Virus record (IMG/VR): IMGVR_UViG_3300008050_000022
Span: 1-64,000 of that record
Length of the DNA stretch: 64,000 nt
Strand: one strand, 5' to 3'
DNA from: a virus
Shown here: in pieces, positions 55,001-64,000 of the stretch
Layout of the letters: every line of letters starts with the position of its first letter
How positions within the stretch are numbered: position 1 is the first letter of the stretch
Notes under the pieces: model-generated
The model's input: the letters and a program-made list of their open reading frames with translations, nothing else
Told to the model about the DNA's origin: nothing
Databases searched by the model: none
Translations under genes and position numbers: made by a program

Positions 55001-57624
55001 ATGTCTGTAGCAGGACCTCGCGTCAGCCCCAGCCCCAGCCCCTTTGAGAGCAAGTCCGGGTCGTTCAGGCGCATGACGATGCCGGAGGACGTACCTCTCC
55101 AGTCAATCCCTACGACGCCCATGTGGGCAGAGTCGGCAGTGCGATCGTCTGACCACTCCTTCGCATCGTCGAAGAAGAGGTTGGCGATTCGGACATCTAG
55201 ATCGGCAGCGTAGCCGTCAGCTACCAGGTACTTCAGTAGCGCGAAGCCTTGAGTCGGCAAGTACAGGTGACCTCGAGCCGTGCTCGTAGCGTCGAAGTTC
55301 GGACGGGTGCCGTCGAAGTTCTGGAGGTACACCCGGAGAGGTACACCAGCGATTCGGTTGACGACGTACCAGCCATCATTCCCTTGCCCCTCTGTGATCC
55401 TGATGATCGACGGGGTGATCGACGGGTCCTTTACGTCATCCTCGAATGCTCGAATGTTCGACGTGGTGGTAGGGTTCATCCCTGCGGGGAACGTGACGCT
55501 GTTGTCTCCGCCGGCGAACTCCACATCGAACACATCCATCGGTAGTGCTGCGGCGTCCTCGTGAGTGCCGCACTCACGAAGGCCGAGCATGTGGTGCCCG
55601 TACTCCCTGCCCGCAACCCGATCCTCCTCATGGACGTAGCCCAGCCGACCGTAGCTGTTCGACTGCAGTACGTGGGTGCTCATCGATGCAGGGAAGCCGT
55701 TGAAACGGTCCTGCATGATCGAGTAGGAGTAGGAGCCTCCTGTGGGGATAGCCGGGTTGTTCTCTCCCGGCTCCACCACGACGTGTTCTGCGTCCAAGTA
55801 GTCGATGATGCAGAAGGACTGGTAGTTCCTCAGGGATCCACCGATCCCTCCAGGAATCACCATGAACTCTCGGCCAACATCGTCTAGAGAGAAGTTCTCT
55901 CCGGTGATGTAGACCACGTTGCCGGCCTGGATCGTAGCGGTGACTCCAGTCCTGTTGGACGTGCCTGCCTGCGGGGTCTTCGGCGTGAGGTTGTTCCACT
56001 CCGGGGCGTTCCAGTCCACGTTGACGAAGTACCCGCCACCACCGCCACGTCCCTGACCGTCGTAGGCGCCCTGGAGACTGATGCGTCTCCACAGGAGCTC
56101 CATGGTGACGTCGGCCTCACCTGCGTAACCGTTACCGCCAGGCAGAGTGTGGGCGAAGGGAGGCTGGGTGAAGTCGTCCGTGCTGTCCAGCAGCGGGCCC
56201 TTCATCTCCCGGATGACCTTCTGCACCAGGTCGTCTACCTCTTCCGAGGTGGAGAGAGCGATGCGGAGGAGGTGGTCTGTGGGCAGGCTGCAGAGGCTGT
56301 ATCCGCCACCCAGCATGAGCGTGAACTTCGCCGCTCCGGCAGTTGCAGGGATGGGCGGGTCGAAGGTCAGCCACACGTCCTCTGAGAAGAGGCCTCCCTG
56401 GAAGATCTCCACGTTGCCGAAGACTCCGGTACCGGGGTTGAGCTCCCCTCGGTCGCCAGCGTTCGTGGGCCGTAGGAGGATCGTCTCCTCGTCGAAGACC
56501 TGCTCGACCGTGTACGACCCGTCGTGGTTGAAGGGGACGTTGACGGTGGATCCACTGATGGTGGCTACGTCACCAGGTACGACTCCGTCAGTGAGGAACG
56601 TGGCACCTGCACATCGAATGGCAGAGCGGTACAGGATCTCCGAAATGCCGACCGAGGCAGTCTTCTTGACGTTGACGCCTAGCAGTCCCTTGCCGTCCGC
56701 CGGGAGCCACGGGGCGGTCGAGTCCGCCATCGCTACAATCGGAGGATCAGTGTCCGAGCTGCCGAAGTTTGGGGGCGCTCCATTTCTCTGTCCGTGTGTC
56801 ACAGCAGAGACTCTGACAGGGTACCCGCCTACAATGATCTCCACCCTGTTCGGGTCGGTGACCGCGAAGTAGTCGGCGATGTCCTGGAGGCTGGAGTCCT
56901 GATTGTCTAGGCCGATGCCCAGGTACACCCGGTCGGAGAGGCCGGCATTGATCGCAGAGAGTCCACCGACATTGATCTGGTCGATGTTCCCGTCAGACTG
57001 CTTGATTCGAGCGGGCAGCCAAGGGTTGCCTACGGCGACGGAGTCCACCTCCACGATCATCGGGAGGGCTACCTCCCGCTCGAGACAGGCGTTCAAGTAG
57101 TCTGCGTTGACCGACAACGCTCCAGCGACGCGGTTCAAGACGTCCGACGTGACATCCTCTCCGTCGGCGGCCATGTAGGTGCCGACGGGGTTGTTCTCAG
57201 AGCCTCCAGCAGGGGAGTAGGCTCGGTCTCCTCCCTCTACTAGCGCCAGGGGATCAGGACTGACCGGGAAGCCGAGTAGCGCAGAGGCGTCGTTGCCTCC
57301 AGCGTCAACGATCTCTACCGAGGCGCCGTCACCCGAGGCGTTGGAGAGGATGACTACGTAGCCCCCTCGATCCTCTGCACTACCTACAGCGCCTAGAGCG
57401 GTGTTGATGTCTGCGATGATCGTGTTGATCACCAAGCCGCTGAAGCTGAGCGGGATAGCCGCACCACCGTCGATCTTGATCGACATGTCCGCAGGTAGGG
57501 CCATGCCCGGGAACTGCAGAGTGGCGTCGCTGCGTCGGATGGACCCACGGATGGACGGCTGAGCCTGGATCAGCTCTCGGGCATTGCCGCCCAGAATGGG
57601 TCGTCTCGTGTATCGGAGGGACAT
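52027..57624 (-). CDS. Large tail fibre/baseplate-associated structural protein
   Basis: About 1865 aa; acidic, G/D/S-rich beta content; GEDVTSDVLNR, SLQGAYD and G-x-Y-x-V repeats. Confidence 0.65.
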   Translation of the reverse strand: MSLRYTRRPILGGNARELIQAQPSIRGSIRRSDATLQFPGMALPADMSIKIDGGAAIPLSFSGLVINTIIADINTALGAVGSAEDRGGYVVILSNASGDGASVEIVDAGGNDASALLGFPVSPDPLALVEGGDRAYSPAGGSENNPVGTYMAADGEDVTSDVLNRVAGALSVNADYLNACLEREVALPMIVEVDSVAVGNPWLPARIKQSDGNIDQINVGGLSAINAGLSDRVYLGIGLDNQDSSLQDIADYFAVTDPNRVEIIVGGYPVRVSAVTHGQRNGAPPNFGSSDTDPPIVAMADSTAPWLPADGKGLLGVNVKKTASVGISEILYRSAIRCAGATFLTDGVVPGDVATISGSTVNVPFNHDGSYTVEQVFDEETILLRPTNAGDRGELNPGTGVFGNVEIFQGGLFSEDVWLTFDPPIPATAGAAKFTLMLGGGYSLCSLPTDHLLRIALSTSEEVDDLVQKVIREMKGPLLDSTDDFTQPPFAHTLPGGNGYAGEADVTMELLWRRISLQGAYDGQGRGGGGGYFVNVDWNAPEWNNLTPKTPQAGTSNRTGVTATIQAGNVVYITGENFSLDDVGREFMVIPGGIGGSLRNYQSFCIIDYLDAEHVVVEPGENNPAIPTGGSYSYSIMQDRFNGFPASMSTHVLQSNSYGRLGYVHEEDRVAGREYGHHMLGLRECGTHEDAAALPMDVFDVEFAGGDNSVTFPAGMNPTTTSNIRAFEDDVKDPSITPSIIRITEGQGNDGWYVVNRIAGVPLRVYLQNFDGTRPNFDATSTARGHLYLPTQGFALLKYLVADGYAADLDVRIANLFFDDAKEWSDDRTADSAHMGVVGIDWRGTSSGIVMRLNDPDLLSKGLGLGLTRGPATDIATTEPARGFLARHYGDSEDADTVKRGGWAGALIADTYSMDGTKASPSMMGTALYLAQVGTDSAFVAVGWQTGGAHADLPNPDDITFVDGKATGVIVREDRWSMMQGGALEIMGGVYQWDPRISWPDGENLHEMYGGTYSELSSTSRFSNSPMSEPWMRYWETNHDVAREGNPAVLEERISARLGQPGRVLPYRGTGGHLCTIEAPDAASSRSARTSGFVRFYTHPGTPVEDPSAFVGQIARLYDLAGANAAKAGDYVIVNVSLDESITGLGYRYHLFEVYHPDYVGATALTADASANQRITVLGNRWHWANLDIESWFTVGTYMTATPGEDPDIAFKQLGAFGRFLDKDSKARDMAGYPMGLGPNGPLSPPTLFLNDYAAGMSRKEEALLGALQNASRPPIANQAWHPLYEPLDLGDLGDLNFNSSEWVFRDNGVGGTFRLSTDFKDPDNLFDDVSEPLGAILLNWSNGTAEADPETLHAYTGGARWVRQRHFRIRVKIGLRWSGTQNFDDEKTISVALVGQNFAPWNEAAPAQTFQLLPDVTTFTELFFDSPDDLREAAADALSDGTPVMVRLGLGQTWMRDVEHEAGTGEEKLFIYSLVVDTEAVDVHHGVLVNEGPVLAAGFSIAGTAMDYKSYGPESAECYSEGGYGDEVPWDDRSRTYGATVTGDEGKISPPNMAFLAGRRVLHLDGEVKLTGENFLDLADPYLYWRRGKHSACFNFVHDRFMPQSPLDDGLGCFPPMVGHIIRLDPPHGSILSSLTVGFGYRPGGKDVEGSWTPDGGIFYGTSCTPGGMTQASASDIGFLLELHRYWVSPTENAFDEEREVGAAVVSSIAHGFSEVILSKEVDIPWMEGVAPTTKSIDQKCDGNEINQDVRTDRQYLLKLDLHEELYTEVEDPQVTVLNPAHVDRRQFSYALVLRCWGKGGGVNQDVNHYLVDNPDGTSGMRIGLASDISANAASATVFTAVKQITRFKFLGATLGCQYNRINP

Positions 57625-58268
57625 CAAACCACCCGGAGTTCGTAGATGACCTCTAGCGTACGCCCAGTCGTCTTGGTGAAGGGGTCGAAGGTCTTGTAGC
57701 CAACCGGAGCGGTCAGCTTAGCCGTGTCGAATGCCGTAGGACGCGGAGGGATGTTGCTGTTGGCTGGATCACCGTCCGTGAAGCAGCCGAATTCAGTGAG
57801 TACGACTGGGCCGGCCAGGCTGATCTCTGTCTCGGCGTATTCTCGGATGAGCTGCACCGAGGTCTTCGGGGTACCCAGACTGACGGAGGGGAAAGTGGCA
57901 GGGACCTGAGCCGCTGCCAGGAACTCTCCTGCGACGTAGGGAACAGGATCCACCAGGCGAGCTACCGCAGCTACCTCAGGGGTAGAGCCGGTGCCTAGGC
58001 CGAAGTACAACAGAGCGTCATCACGATTCTTGGTACGCGTAGGAACCAGCGAGGCCAGGCTGATGGTCTCGACGATGTACTCACGACCCGTCAGGGTCCA
58101 GATGTTGTGTCCTTCCCGGCGGCTACCGGGAACGATCTTCCCCCGTTCCCGCATAAGGCACGAGAAGTGGCCCCCGATGGTGGGGCCGTCGTGGGGCGGG
58201 GTGTCAGGCGACGGACCACGGCCACCGAAGAAGAGCCTGTCTGCGATCCTTGCGAAGTCTTTGAACAT
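57624..58268 (-). CDS. Tail collar/baseplate structural protein
   Basis: REGHNIWTLTGRE..., FGLGTG, LTEFG.F, FTKT...LEVIYELR. Confidence 0.65.
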   Translation of the reverse strand: MFKDFARIADRLFFGGRGPSPDTPPHDGPTIGGHFSCLMRERGKIVPGSRREGHNIWTLTGREYIVETISLASLVPTRTKNRDDALLYFGLGTGSTPEVAAVARLVDPVPYVAGEFLAAAQVPATFPSVSLGTPKTSVQLIREYAETEISLAGPVVLTEFGCFTDGDPANSNIPPRPTAFDTAKLTAPVGYKTFDPFTKTTGRTLEVIYELRVV

Positions 58269-58270
58269 TC

Positions 58271-61200
58271 TTACCTCACTACGCGGAGAAGCCTACCAGT
58301 TACCGCTCCAGCCGGAGCCGGAGCGTTCGTCAGGTCGAAGGTCGTGGCTGCGGTCACAGTAGAGATCACGTACTGCCCCGCATCGACTCCGTCCAAGATC
58401 TCAAAGAGATCCCCTGGATTCAGCTGGTTGTTCACTAGATCGCCTCCCAAGTACGTTACCGTATCTCCTGCGATGGTGAACGCCAAGTCGTCATCCAGCA
58501 CCTCTACCGTGGCCGGAACCACGGACGTCTGCAGATCAGTCTCGAGGGTAAGGTCGTTCCCGGACACGCCAGCGATCTTGTATACACCGGAGTTGTCCCC
58601 TACGACCTGCACATAGTGGCCTATCGCAGCGCCGCCAGCCTGGAAGTCGGTACCGGCAGAGGAAAGCACTCTGCCGCTGGCTGTGACGTCAGCGATGCCT
58701 GTCAAGGCACCTACTACTGCTCGAGGGCGCTCCATCACCAGCGTCAGCTGATCCTTCAGGGACCAGTGCTTGAGCTGGTTGAGTAGCATGCCACCGCCCT
58801 CACCCAGACCCTTAGTACGTCGGATCTCCCAGTCTGCTCCGCCGTAGTTGGCAGGTGGGGGAGGGCGAACGTACAGCTCGGTAGCGCTAATCACGTCCAA
58901 GACCTGATACGTGCCAGCACTGGGCCCGTCCAGGATGCGGAGCTCGTCGAAGGTCTGTAGTAGCTCGAGGTCGAAGTTCTGGGCAGCGACGGAGACCTGG
59001 TTGCTCCCAGCCACCGTTGCCATGTTCTTCTGGCCGCTGAGGATGGGGTTGGTGCGGAGACACTCCCTCACGATGCTGTACACGGCAGATGAAGACGCTG
59101 CGGGAGTCGGGTCGATGCGGAGAGTGGTCCAAGGGAATACGCCGCTAGTAGTCTCCCAAGGATTCGGCCCAATTCCTGGATTGATCATCTCCGTGATCGT
59201 GTAGACCTCCCGGTTAGCGGTGTCCCAGATGATCAGCTTGTCACCTACCGCGACCCCCTCCGTGTAGAAGCCGTTCAGCCCGTCCACCACGGTGTTGACA
59301 CCTGCTGACATGGTGAGCTTCGACCCATTCGTGATCTCGTACCCGGTGGGCCGGTACACGAAGAAGGTCTGAGCCGTGTCCGCCTGAAGCCCATCGACAC
59401 CCGGAGCTGCGAAGGGGTAGGTGGTGTGCTGCTTGATCACCAGGTCGGTGTCGGAGCTAACGCTGTCTACCTCGTACCAGCCCGCGTTCTGCCCTAGAGG
59501 GATGTACAGCAGGTCACCTGCACGTACCAGGGGATCGTTGTGCCACACCGTCAATGCCGAGTAGGCGGGGTGAGGGGCGTTCGCTAGCGGGGCCTGGAAC
59601 CCTCCTCGCACGGAGGACACGGTGGCCGTGGCTCCGGCACCGTCAGGCGTCACCAGGTCCCAGCCTGCGAACATCTGCCGAGACATGAGGGGAGGGGCCC
59701 CTAGGAAGTTCAGGTGGAAGCCTAGCCCGTTGTGGGCATCCAGCTGAGCGGTGGCCTCGATGGGGAAGATGTCGTCGGTGAGGTACTGCTTACCGTGGGT
59801 GTAGAGCGTGTCCTGGATCTCCATGTCATCGGTGAGCGGCTTCACCATCTTGGCGACCACATCGACCCAAGCAGGGTCGAACACCTTGACGAACTGGGCC
59901 GCCAGATCCAAGTCATCTGGGTTCACTACGTCGATGCTCGCTCGCAGAGACCACCGGTGGTACTTCTGAAGCTCTGCGGACGAGGCGCCCTGGTGATACT
60001 CCCCCTTCCACCAGTCGGGATCGTTCACGTAATCCGAGACGACGACCCCCTTGGACAGGGCAGCAAACCGCTCCACCGTATCCCCGACCTTGTATGTCTC
60101 CCCTGTCGCAGGATTGGTCTCGAGCCCTGCAAAGTCAACTACGTCGTCAGCATTCAGGGGCGGGAAGAAGTAGATCCTCACCAGCCCTGTGCCCACCCCA
60201 TCATCATCCAGGTCTTCTACAAGGATCCTTCCCAACGAGGGCAGCCCGGTGTCGGGGTCCAGGGAGTAGTCCTCCTTGATGTCCAGGATCTGCCCCCGCA
60301 CGTCAGCGACCGGCAGCCCTAGAAGGATCTGCACACCGAGGCGGATGTTGCCCTCCTTGGGTCCATTGGCCCAGGCGTACATGAGGCCCAGTACCGCTTC
60401 TCGGTAGGTGGTAGAGCTGGTGTTCCTGGAACTGAGATCCTCCTCGGAGAAGGAGACCATCATTCCGAAGTTGTCTTCGATGACCTCTGAGTTGTCCAGG
60501 AAGGTCACCTCCGCCCACAGCCGGTCAGGGGCAGGGGCAGTCACTGAAAACGTGCCAGGAACGAAGCGAATGAACGTGCCAGACGTGCTCCGCTCCAGTG
60601 TGTACGGCAACGCAGTGTCAGTGAACAGGAAGGCGGCCCCCGTAAGAGAGTTCAACACCTGCAGCTGCGTCTCTGACAACACCTGGACTATGGTGTAGTC
60701 GAGCTCCAACACCTTCAACGTGTCGCCTATTCGGACGTTCCGGCTGAGGAATCTTCCGGCTGCCGAGGTGAATGTCGGAGACCCTAGAGTGGTCGCACCA
60801 TCTCGTCCGGAGAAGTCCATCTCCCCGTCAACTACGTACTCCAGGTTCTCCGTGAGCGACACCGGGATGTTGGGCACCTGTGTAAGCGCCCCATCCCGAC
60901 TTGCCACGTGCACGTCTCCGTCCTGGAGCGACACGAAGGGGGTAGCGATGTACTCCCGCAGGCCGGGGATAGCTCGAGTCTTTTCGTCTACGAGGATGAG
61001 AGAGTTCCGAATGATTCCCTGAGCAGCGACGTAGAAAGTGTGCCCCGCAATCGTAACGGGCTCCCCGAACTCGACGGGGATGTTGTGGTACATGGCAGAG
61101 AACTGGTAGCTGCGAACTCCAGTATTCAGGGACGCAGCATCCCCCTCCAGGACCAGGTCCCCCAGCCCATTCCGAGTGGCTCCTGCTACCCCCAAGCTCT

Positions 61201-62986
61201 CCGCAAGCGCCTCAATCTCTACATCGGTAAGATCGAGTACAGCTCCGGGAGACACCGTGCCCGTAGTGATCTCGAACCCCAAACGGTTTCGATCCACGCC
61301 CACCACAGTACATAGAACCTCGGCCACCTTGCCTGTCGCGAGGTAAGTCACCTCCGCGATCAACACATCGCCTGAGGAGACCCCAAGCTCTTCGAAGTTC
61401 AGGGAAGTGGACACCAACGTGTGAGGGATTCGCCATTCGGCCGCCGAAAGCCCTCCTGTGATCTCCTCACGATCTAGAAGAGCTAGAGACAGCGGACCCG
61501 GTCCTACAGGGGGAGCAGGCTGCGCTTCAGAATTCTTGACCCGACGGATCGTGTACGCCTTCCCATTGACTAGCAGGACTCGGCCCTCTGCAGTGCTGAT
61601 GGTGGGAAGGGCGAAGGTCACCGATTGGGGGAAGGGGCCTCTCAGGGGCTGATCCAGGTAGTATCCGTCCCCTGCGGGGGTGATTCCGCTGATCGTGAAA
61701 CGGCCCGAGTTCGGCGAACCGTACACGTCAATAGTCCTACCGATTGCCGAGGTGAAAGCGAACCTCTCCCCGGTACGGATCTCGTACGTTCCTAGAACGG
61801 TGCCCACCCCTCCCAGACTCTCTGTCCGCAAGGTCGTGAAGTCCTCGTCAGGTAGGGGCACGGCCACTACATCAGTGAAGGGGGAGTCGTCCTCGTCTTC
61901 TACGACCGCATTGGATGCGGAGATCAGGGTGAATGCGTGCGAGCCCGAAGCACTGAACGTCTGGGAAAGGCGCAATGAGTTGTTGTTGGGGAGTCCTCCG
62001 GCAACGCCGATAGCCTCGATACGGAACACGCCGCCGCCCACTCCGGAGGGCAATCGGATTCCGTCACCCACATCCAGACCTACGACAGCGCTGAAGTCCA
62101 CTGTTGCTGACAGGGCCACGTCGCTACCCAGAACGACTGACAGGTCTCCTACAGGTCCGGAGCCCAACACCTCTACTGCTGGCGCGGGGAACACTGTGGA
62201 CCTTCGCAGGACGTAGCTCTGTAGATCGTTGCCTACTCGATCTATGACGTAGTTCCCAGCGTTGGTCCCGAGGCTGGTAAGCACTTGTAGGGTGCGGCCT
62301 GCATTCTCCTCTCTAACCGCACCCTGCAGAGCTACGAAGATACGGGAGTCCAGCACCACCCCGATCAAGGGCTCCCCTACTGCACCGGTAATGGCTGTAG
62401 ACCCGTCCGCCCGGTTCCCGAAGTGGAAGTAGTGCTGCGAGGGTTCCAGATCCAGTCGGGGCTCGTAGGCCTCCCATCGCCTCTGGTAGAGATCTTGAAT
62501 GGAAACGATCGACTTGTTGTAGTCGGTCTGGAATACGTCGAGGAGCTCCGCAGCAGCTTGCTGCATGTAAGACGACCAGAGAACTGTCAGGGCGTCGGCG
62601 TCCTCTATCCCTGACCAAAAATCCCCCAACACCCGGAAGAAGAACTTGCCGTCGGGAAGAATGTCCGTGCTGGTGGGAGCCTGGATCAGACCTACGTTGA
62701 CAACACTCTCTGCTCTAACACTGTCAAGGGTGCCGTCATTGACGACTAGTCCGACTACGTAAGGACCTCGGATGTCAGGCGAGTACGTGGCTACCCCATC
62801 CAGGATCTCTACCAGGTCTGCGTCTACCAGCCTCGAGCCCAGGGGGCGAGACACGAATGACCAGGAGTACGTGAGCGCGTCACCGTCAGGGTCTACGCTG
62901 GCTCGGCCGTCCAGCCGGACGGTCACCCCCGTCACAGCACGCTGCTCGGCTGGACGGATTACGGCGGTGGGAGGTAGTCCAGGCAC
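58271..62986 (-). CDS. Baseplate protein with N-terminal PKD/Ig-like domain
   Basis: LDGRASVDPDGDALTYSWSF..GPYVVGLVVNDG; GP..GNIRLGVQILLG wedge-like segment; repeated N/D-x-G-x-Y/F-x-I/V units. Confidence 0.7.
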   Translation of the reverse strand: MPGLPPTAVIRPAEQRAVTGVTVRLDGRASVDPDGDALTYSWSFVSRPLGSRLVDADLVEILDGVATYSPDIRGPYVVGLVVNDGTLDSVRAESVVNVGLIQAPTSTDILPDGKFFFRVLGDFWSGIEDADALTVLWSSYMQQAAAELLDVFQTDYNKSIVSIQDLYQRRWEAYEPRLDLEPSQHYFHFGNRADGSTAITGAVGEPLIGVVLDSRIFVALQGAVREENAGRTLQVLTSLGTNAGNYVIDRVGNDLQSYVLRRSTVFPAPAVEVLGSGPVGDLSVVLGSDVALSATVDFSAVVGLDVGDGIRLPSGVGGGVFRIEAIGVAGGLPNNNSLRLSQTFSASGSHAFTLISASNAVVEDEDDSPFTDVVAVPLPDEDFTTLRTESLGGVGTVLGTYEIRTGERFAFTSAIGRTIDVYGSPNSGRFTISGITPAGDGYYLDQPLRGPFPQSVTFALPTISTAEGRVLLVNGKAYTIRRVKNSEAQPAPPVGPGPLSLALLDREEITGGLSAAEWRIPHTLVSTSLNFEELGVSSGDVLIAEVTYLATGKVAEVLCTVVGVDRNRLGFEITTGTVSPGAVLDLTDVEIEALAESLGVAGATRNGLGDLVLEGDAASLNTGVRSYQFSAMYHNIPVEFGEPVTIAGHTFYVAAQGIIRNSLILVDEKTRAIPGLREYIATPFVSLQDGDVHVASRDGALTQVPNIPVSLTENLEYVVDGEMDFSGRDGATTLGSPTFTSAAGRFLSRNVRIGDTLKVLELDYTIVQVLSETQLQVLNSLTGAAFLFTDTALPYTLERSTSGTFIRFVPGTFSVTAPAPDRLWAEVTFLDNSEVIEDNFGMMVSFSEEDLSSRNTSSTTYREAVLGLMYAWANGPKEGNIRLGVQILLGLPVADVRGQILDIKEDYSLDPDTGLPSLGRILVEDLDDDGVGTGLVRIYFFPPLNADDVVDFAGLETNPATGETYKVGDTVERFAALSKGVVVSDYVNDPDWWKGEYHQGASSAELQKYHRWSLRASIDVVNPDDLDLAAQFVKVFDPAWVDVVAKMVKPLTDDMEIQDTLYTHGKQYLTDDIFPIEATAQLDAHNGLGFHLNFLGAPPLMSRQMFAGWDLVTPDGAGATATVSSVRGGFQAPLANAPHPAYSALTVWHNDPLVRAGDLLYIPLGQNAGWYEVDSVSSDTDLVIKQHTTYPFAAPGVDGLQADTAQTFFVYRPTGYEITNGSKLTMSAGVNTVVDGLNGFYTEGVAVGDKLIIWDTANREVYTITEMINPGIGPNPWETTSGVFPWTTLRIDPTPAASSSAVYSIVRECLRTNPILSGQKNMATVAGSNQVSVAAQNFDLELLQTFDELRILDGPSAGTYQVLDVISATELYVRPPPPANYGGADWEIRRTKGLGEGGGMLLNQLKHWSLKDQLTLVMERPRAVVGALTGIADVTASGRVLSSAGTDFQAGGAAIGHYVQVVGDNSGVYKIAGVSGNDLTLETDLQTSVVPATVEVLDDDLAFTIAGDTVTYLGGDLVNNQLNPGDLFEILDGVDAGQYVISTVTAATTFDLTNAPAPAGAVTGRLLRVVR

Positions 62987-63011
62987 TAGATGCTCGTGCT
63001 AGCCTTCAGGA

Positions 63012-63290
63012 ATGCTGGTTGAAATGACTGAAGAGGAGTTGTTGGCCGCCCTTGAGGGAGAGGAGTGCATCCTAGACCAGGTGGCTCAGCCCGGACTAGA
63101 CGCTGTGAAGTCGGCAACCTGCCCGGAGTGCGGGGCTCGCCCCCTCCCCATGGTTGATCCGCACAACCCTCTGCATGCATTCTTGCCGACATTCAACTAC
63201 GTCGCCAACTGCCCGGACTGCGGGTGCCAGTTCAGCCCACAGAGTGGAGTGATACGGAAAGTAGGAGGGTTCAGCCCGATCATCACCTGA
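63012..63290 (+). CDS. Small Zn-ribbon protein
   Basis: CPECG...CPDCGCQFSP; start may be ATG 63024. Confidence 0.6.
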   Translation: MLVEMTEEELLAALEGEECILDQVAQPGLDAVKSATCPECGARPLPMVDPHNPLHAFLPTFNYVANCPDCGCQFSPQSGVIRKVGGFSPIIT

Positions 63291-64000
63291 ACCTTGCTGC
63301 CGTGGTCTCTTGCGTGAGCTTCAACTGCTCCCCCGGCTCCGCCGCATCGCCCGAGCCAGAAGCTATCACAGTCCCTGGAATGAAGAAGCTGATCCGGTTG
63401 CTGCCGTTGAAGAAGTAAGGCTCGTCCCCTCCCAGGCGGTCCCGAGACCTGTTCCCTACCAGCCGCCGGTTGATGTCGTGCGTAACGGCTACCAGGTAGA
63501 TGTCGTGCGCCCAGTCGTTCGCCCCGTTGTTGTCCAACACCTTCTCGATCTGCGTTGCCAGGCTCAGCGGGTCTACAGGCGAGAGAAGGTTGATCGCTGA
63601 CTGAATCTTCTCCCCCATCACTGACGGCGCGCTTCCACCGGTGTAGCGGATCTCCGCACTGATGTACGACGGCAGGAAGTGCCTTCCTACAGGGTTGGCA
63701 CAGACCGTTCGCTCCTTGGGAGAGATGAGGAATCTGTGGATCTGGTTCACTAGTGGGGAGTGATCGTACTGAATCTGCAGGCTCTGTCCGTGCAGCGGAA
63801 TCGTCTGGGTCAGACGATCTTCTCTTCCTATCGGCAAGAAGCTGGGGGAGAGCATGAGCTTCACTCTCTCGAGGGTGGAGAAGGTGAAGTTGGGATCCTC
63901 GACTTCGTAGTAGTACCCGTCTGCCTGGTACGTGCCGAACACTGCCTCGAACCGCTGCTCGGCTGGGACGTTGTGCACCTCGTCGGTTCCGAGAGCCCGA
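63283..64000 (-). CDS. Baseplate wedge/J-like protein, C-terminal part (start outside window)
   Basis: Frame runs to the window edge; ERTVCANPVGRHFLPSYI motif; tail-gene context. Confidence 0.55.
   Translation of the reverse strand, partial: RALGTDEVHNVPAEQRFEAVFGTYQADGYYYEVEDPNFTFSTLERVKLMLSPSFLPIGREDRLTQTIPLHGQSLQIQYDHSPLVNQIHRFLISPKERTVCANPVGRHFLPSYISAEIRYTGGSAPSVMGEKIQSAINLLSPVDPLSLATQIEKVLDNNGANDWAHDIYLVAVTHDINRRLVGNRSRDRLGGDEPYFFNGSNRISFFIPGTVIASGSGDAAEPGEQLKLTQETTAARFR

Noticed and set aside
1-64000. Phage-nucleus genes (chimallin, PhuZ), tRNAs, integrase, alternative genetic code
   Set aside because: None recognisable in this window; all three stop codons terminate genes normally

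Overview
The whole window is a GC-rich segment of a large tailed (myovirus-like) phage genome. No host housekeeping operon, tRNA, rRNA, CRISPR array or integrase is visible. The minus strand carries virion genes: major capsid protein (387-1550), scaffold/core-like proteins, a prohead protease (5329-7224), GpA-type large terminase (9607-11364), a gp5/VgrG-like spike, portal (28244-30235) and large tail/baseplate proteins (52027-64000). It also carries a 2067-aa single-chain fusion of bacterial-type RNA polymerase beta and beta-prime (20912-27115) embedded among head genes. The plus strand carries a replication/recombination operon (34771-51786: SF2 helicase, UDG, DnaB, DnaG, SSB-like, PolA, HU, RecA, PD-(D/E)XK nucleases, RusA-like) and small islands (HTH regulator, RNase HII, Cys-rich ORFs). 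The most striking pattern is a pervasive K-x-A(A/S/G) motif in head-region proteins. It ends short N-terminal leaders (F-x-x-E-x-x-K-x-A) and delimits Gly/Ala-rich cassettes, a glycosyltransferase domain and a loop in the RNAP. This suggests a protease-processed cargo/polyprotein system. Divergent promoter regions pair a CGGYATAAG motif (toward replication genes) with sigma70-like elements (toward structural genes). All functional calls come from motif recognition by eye; no searches were run.
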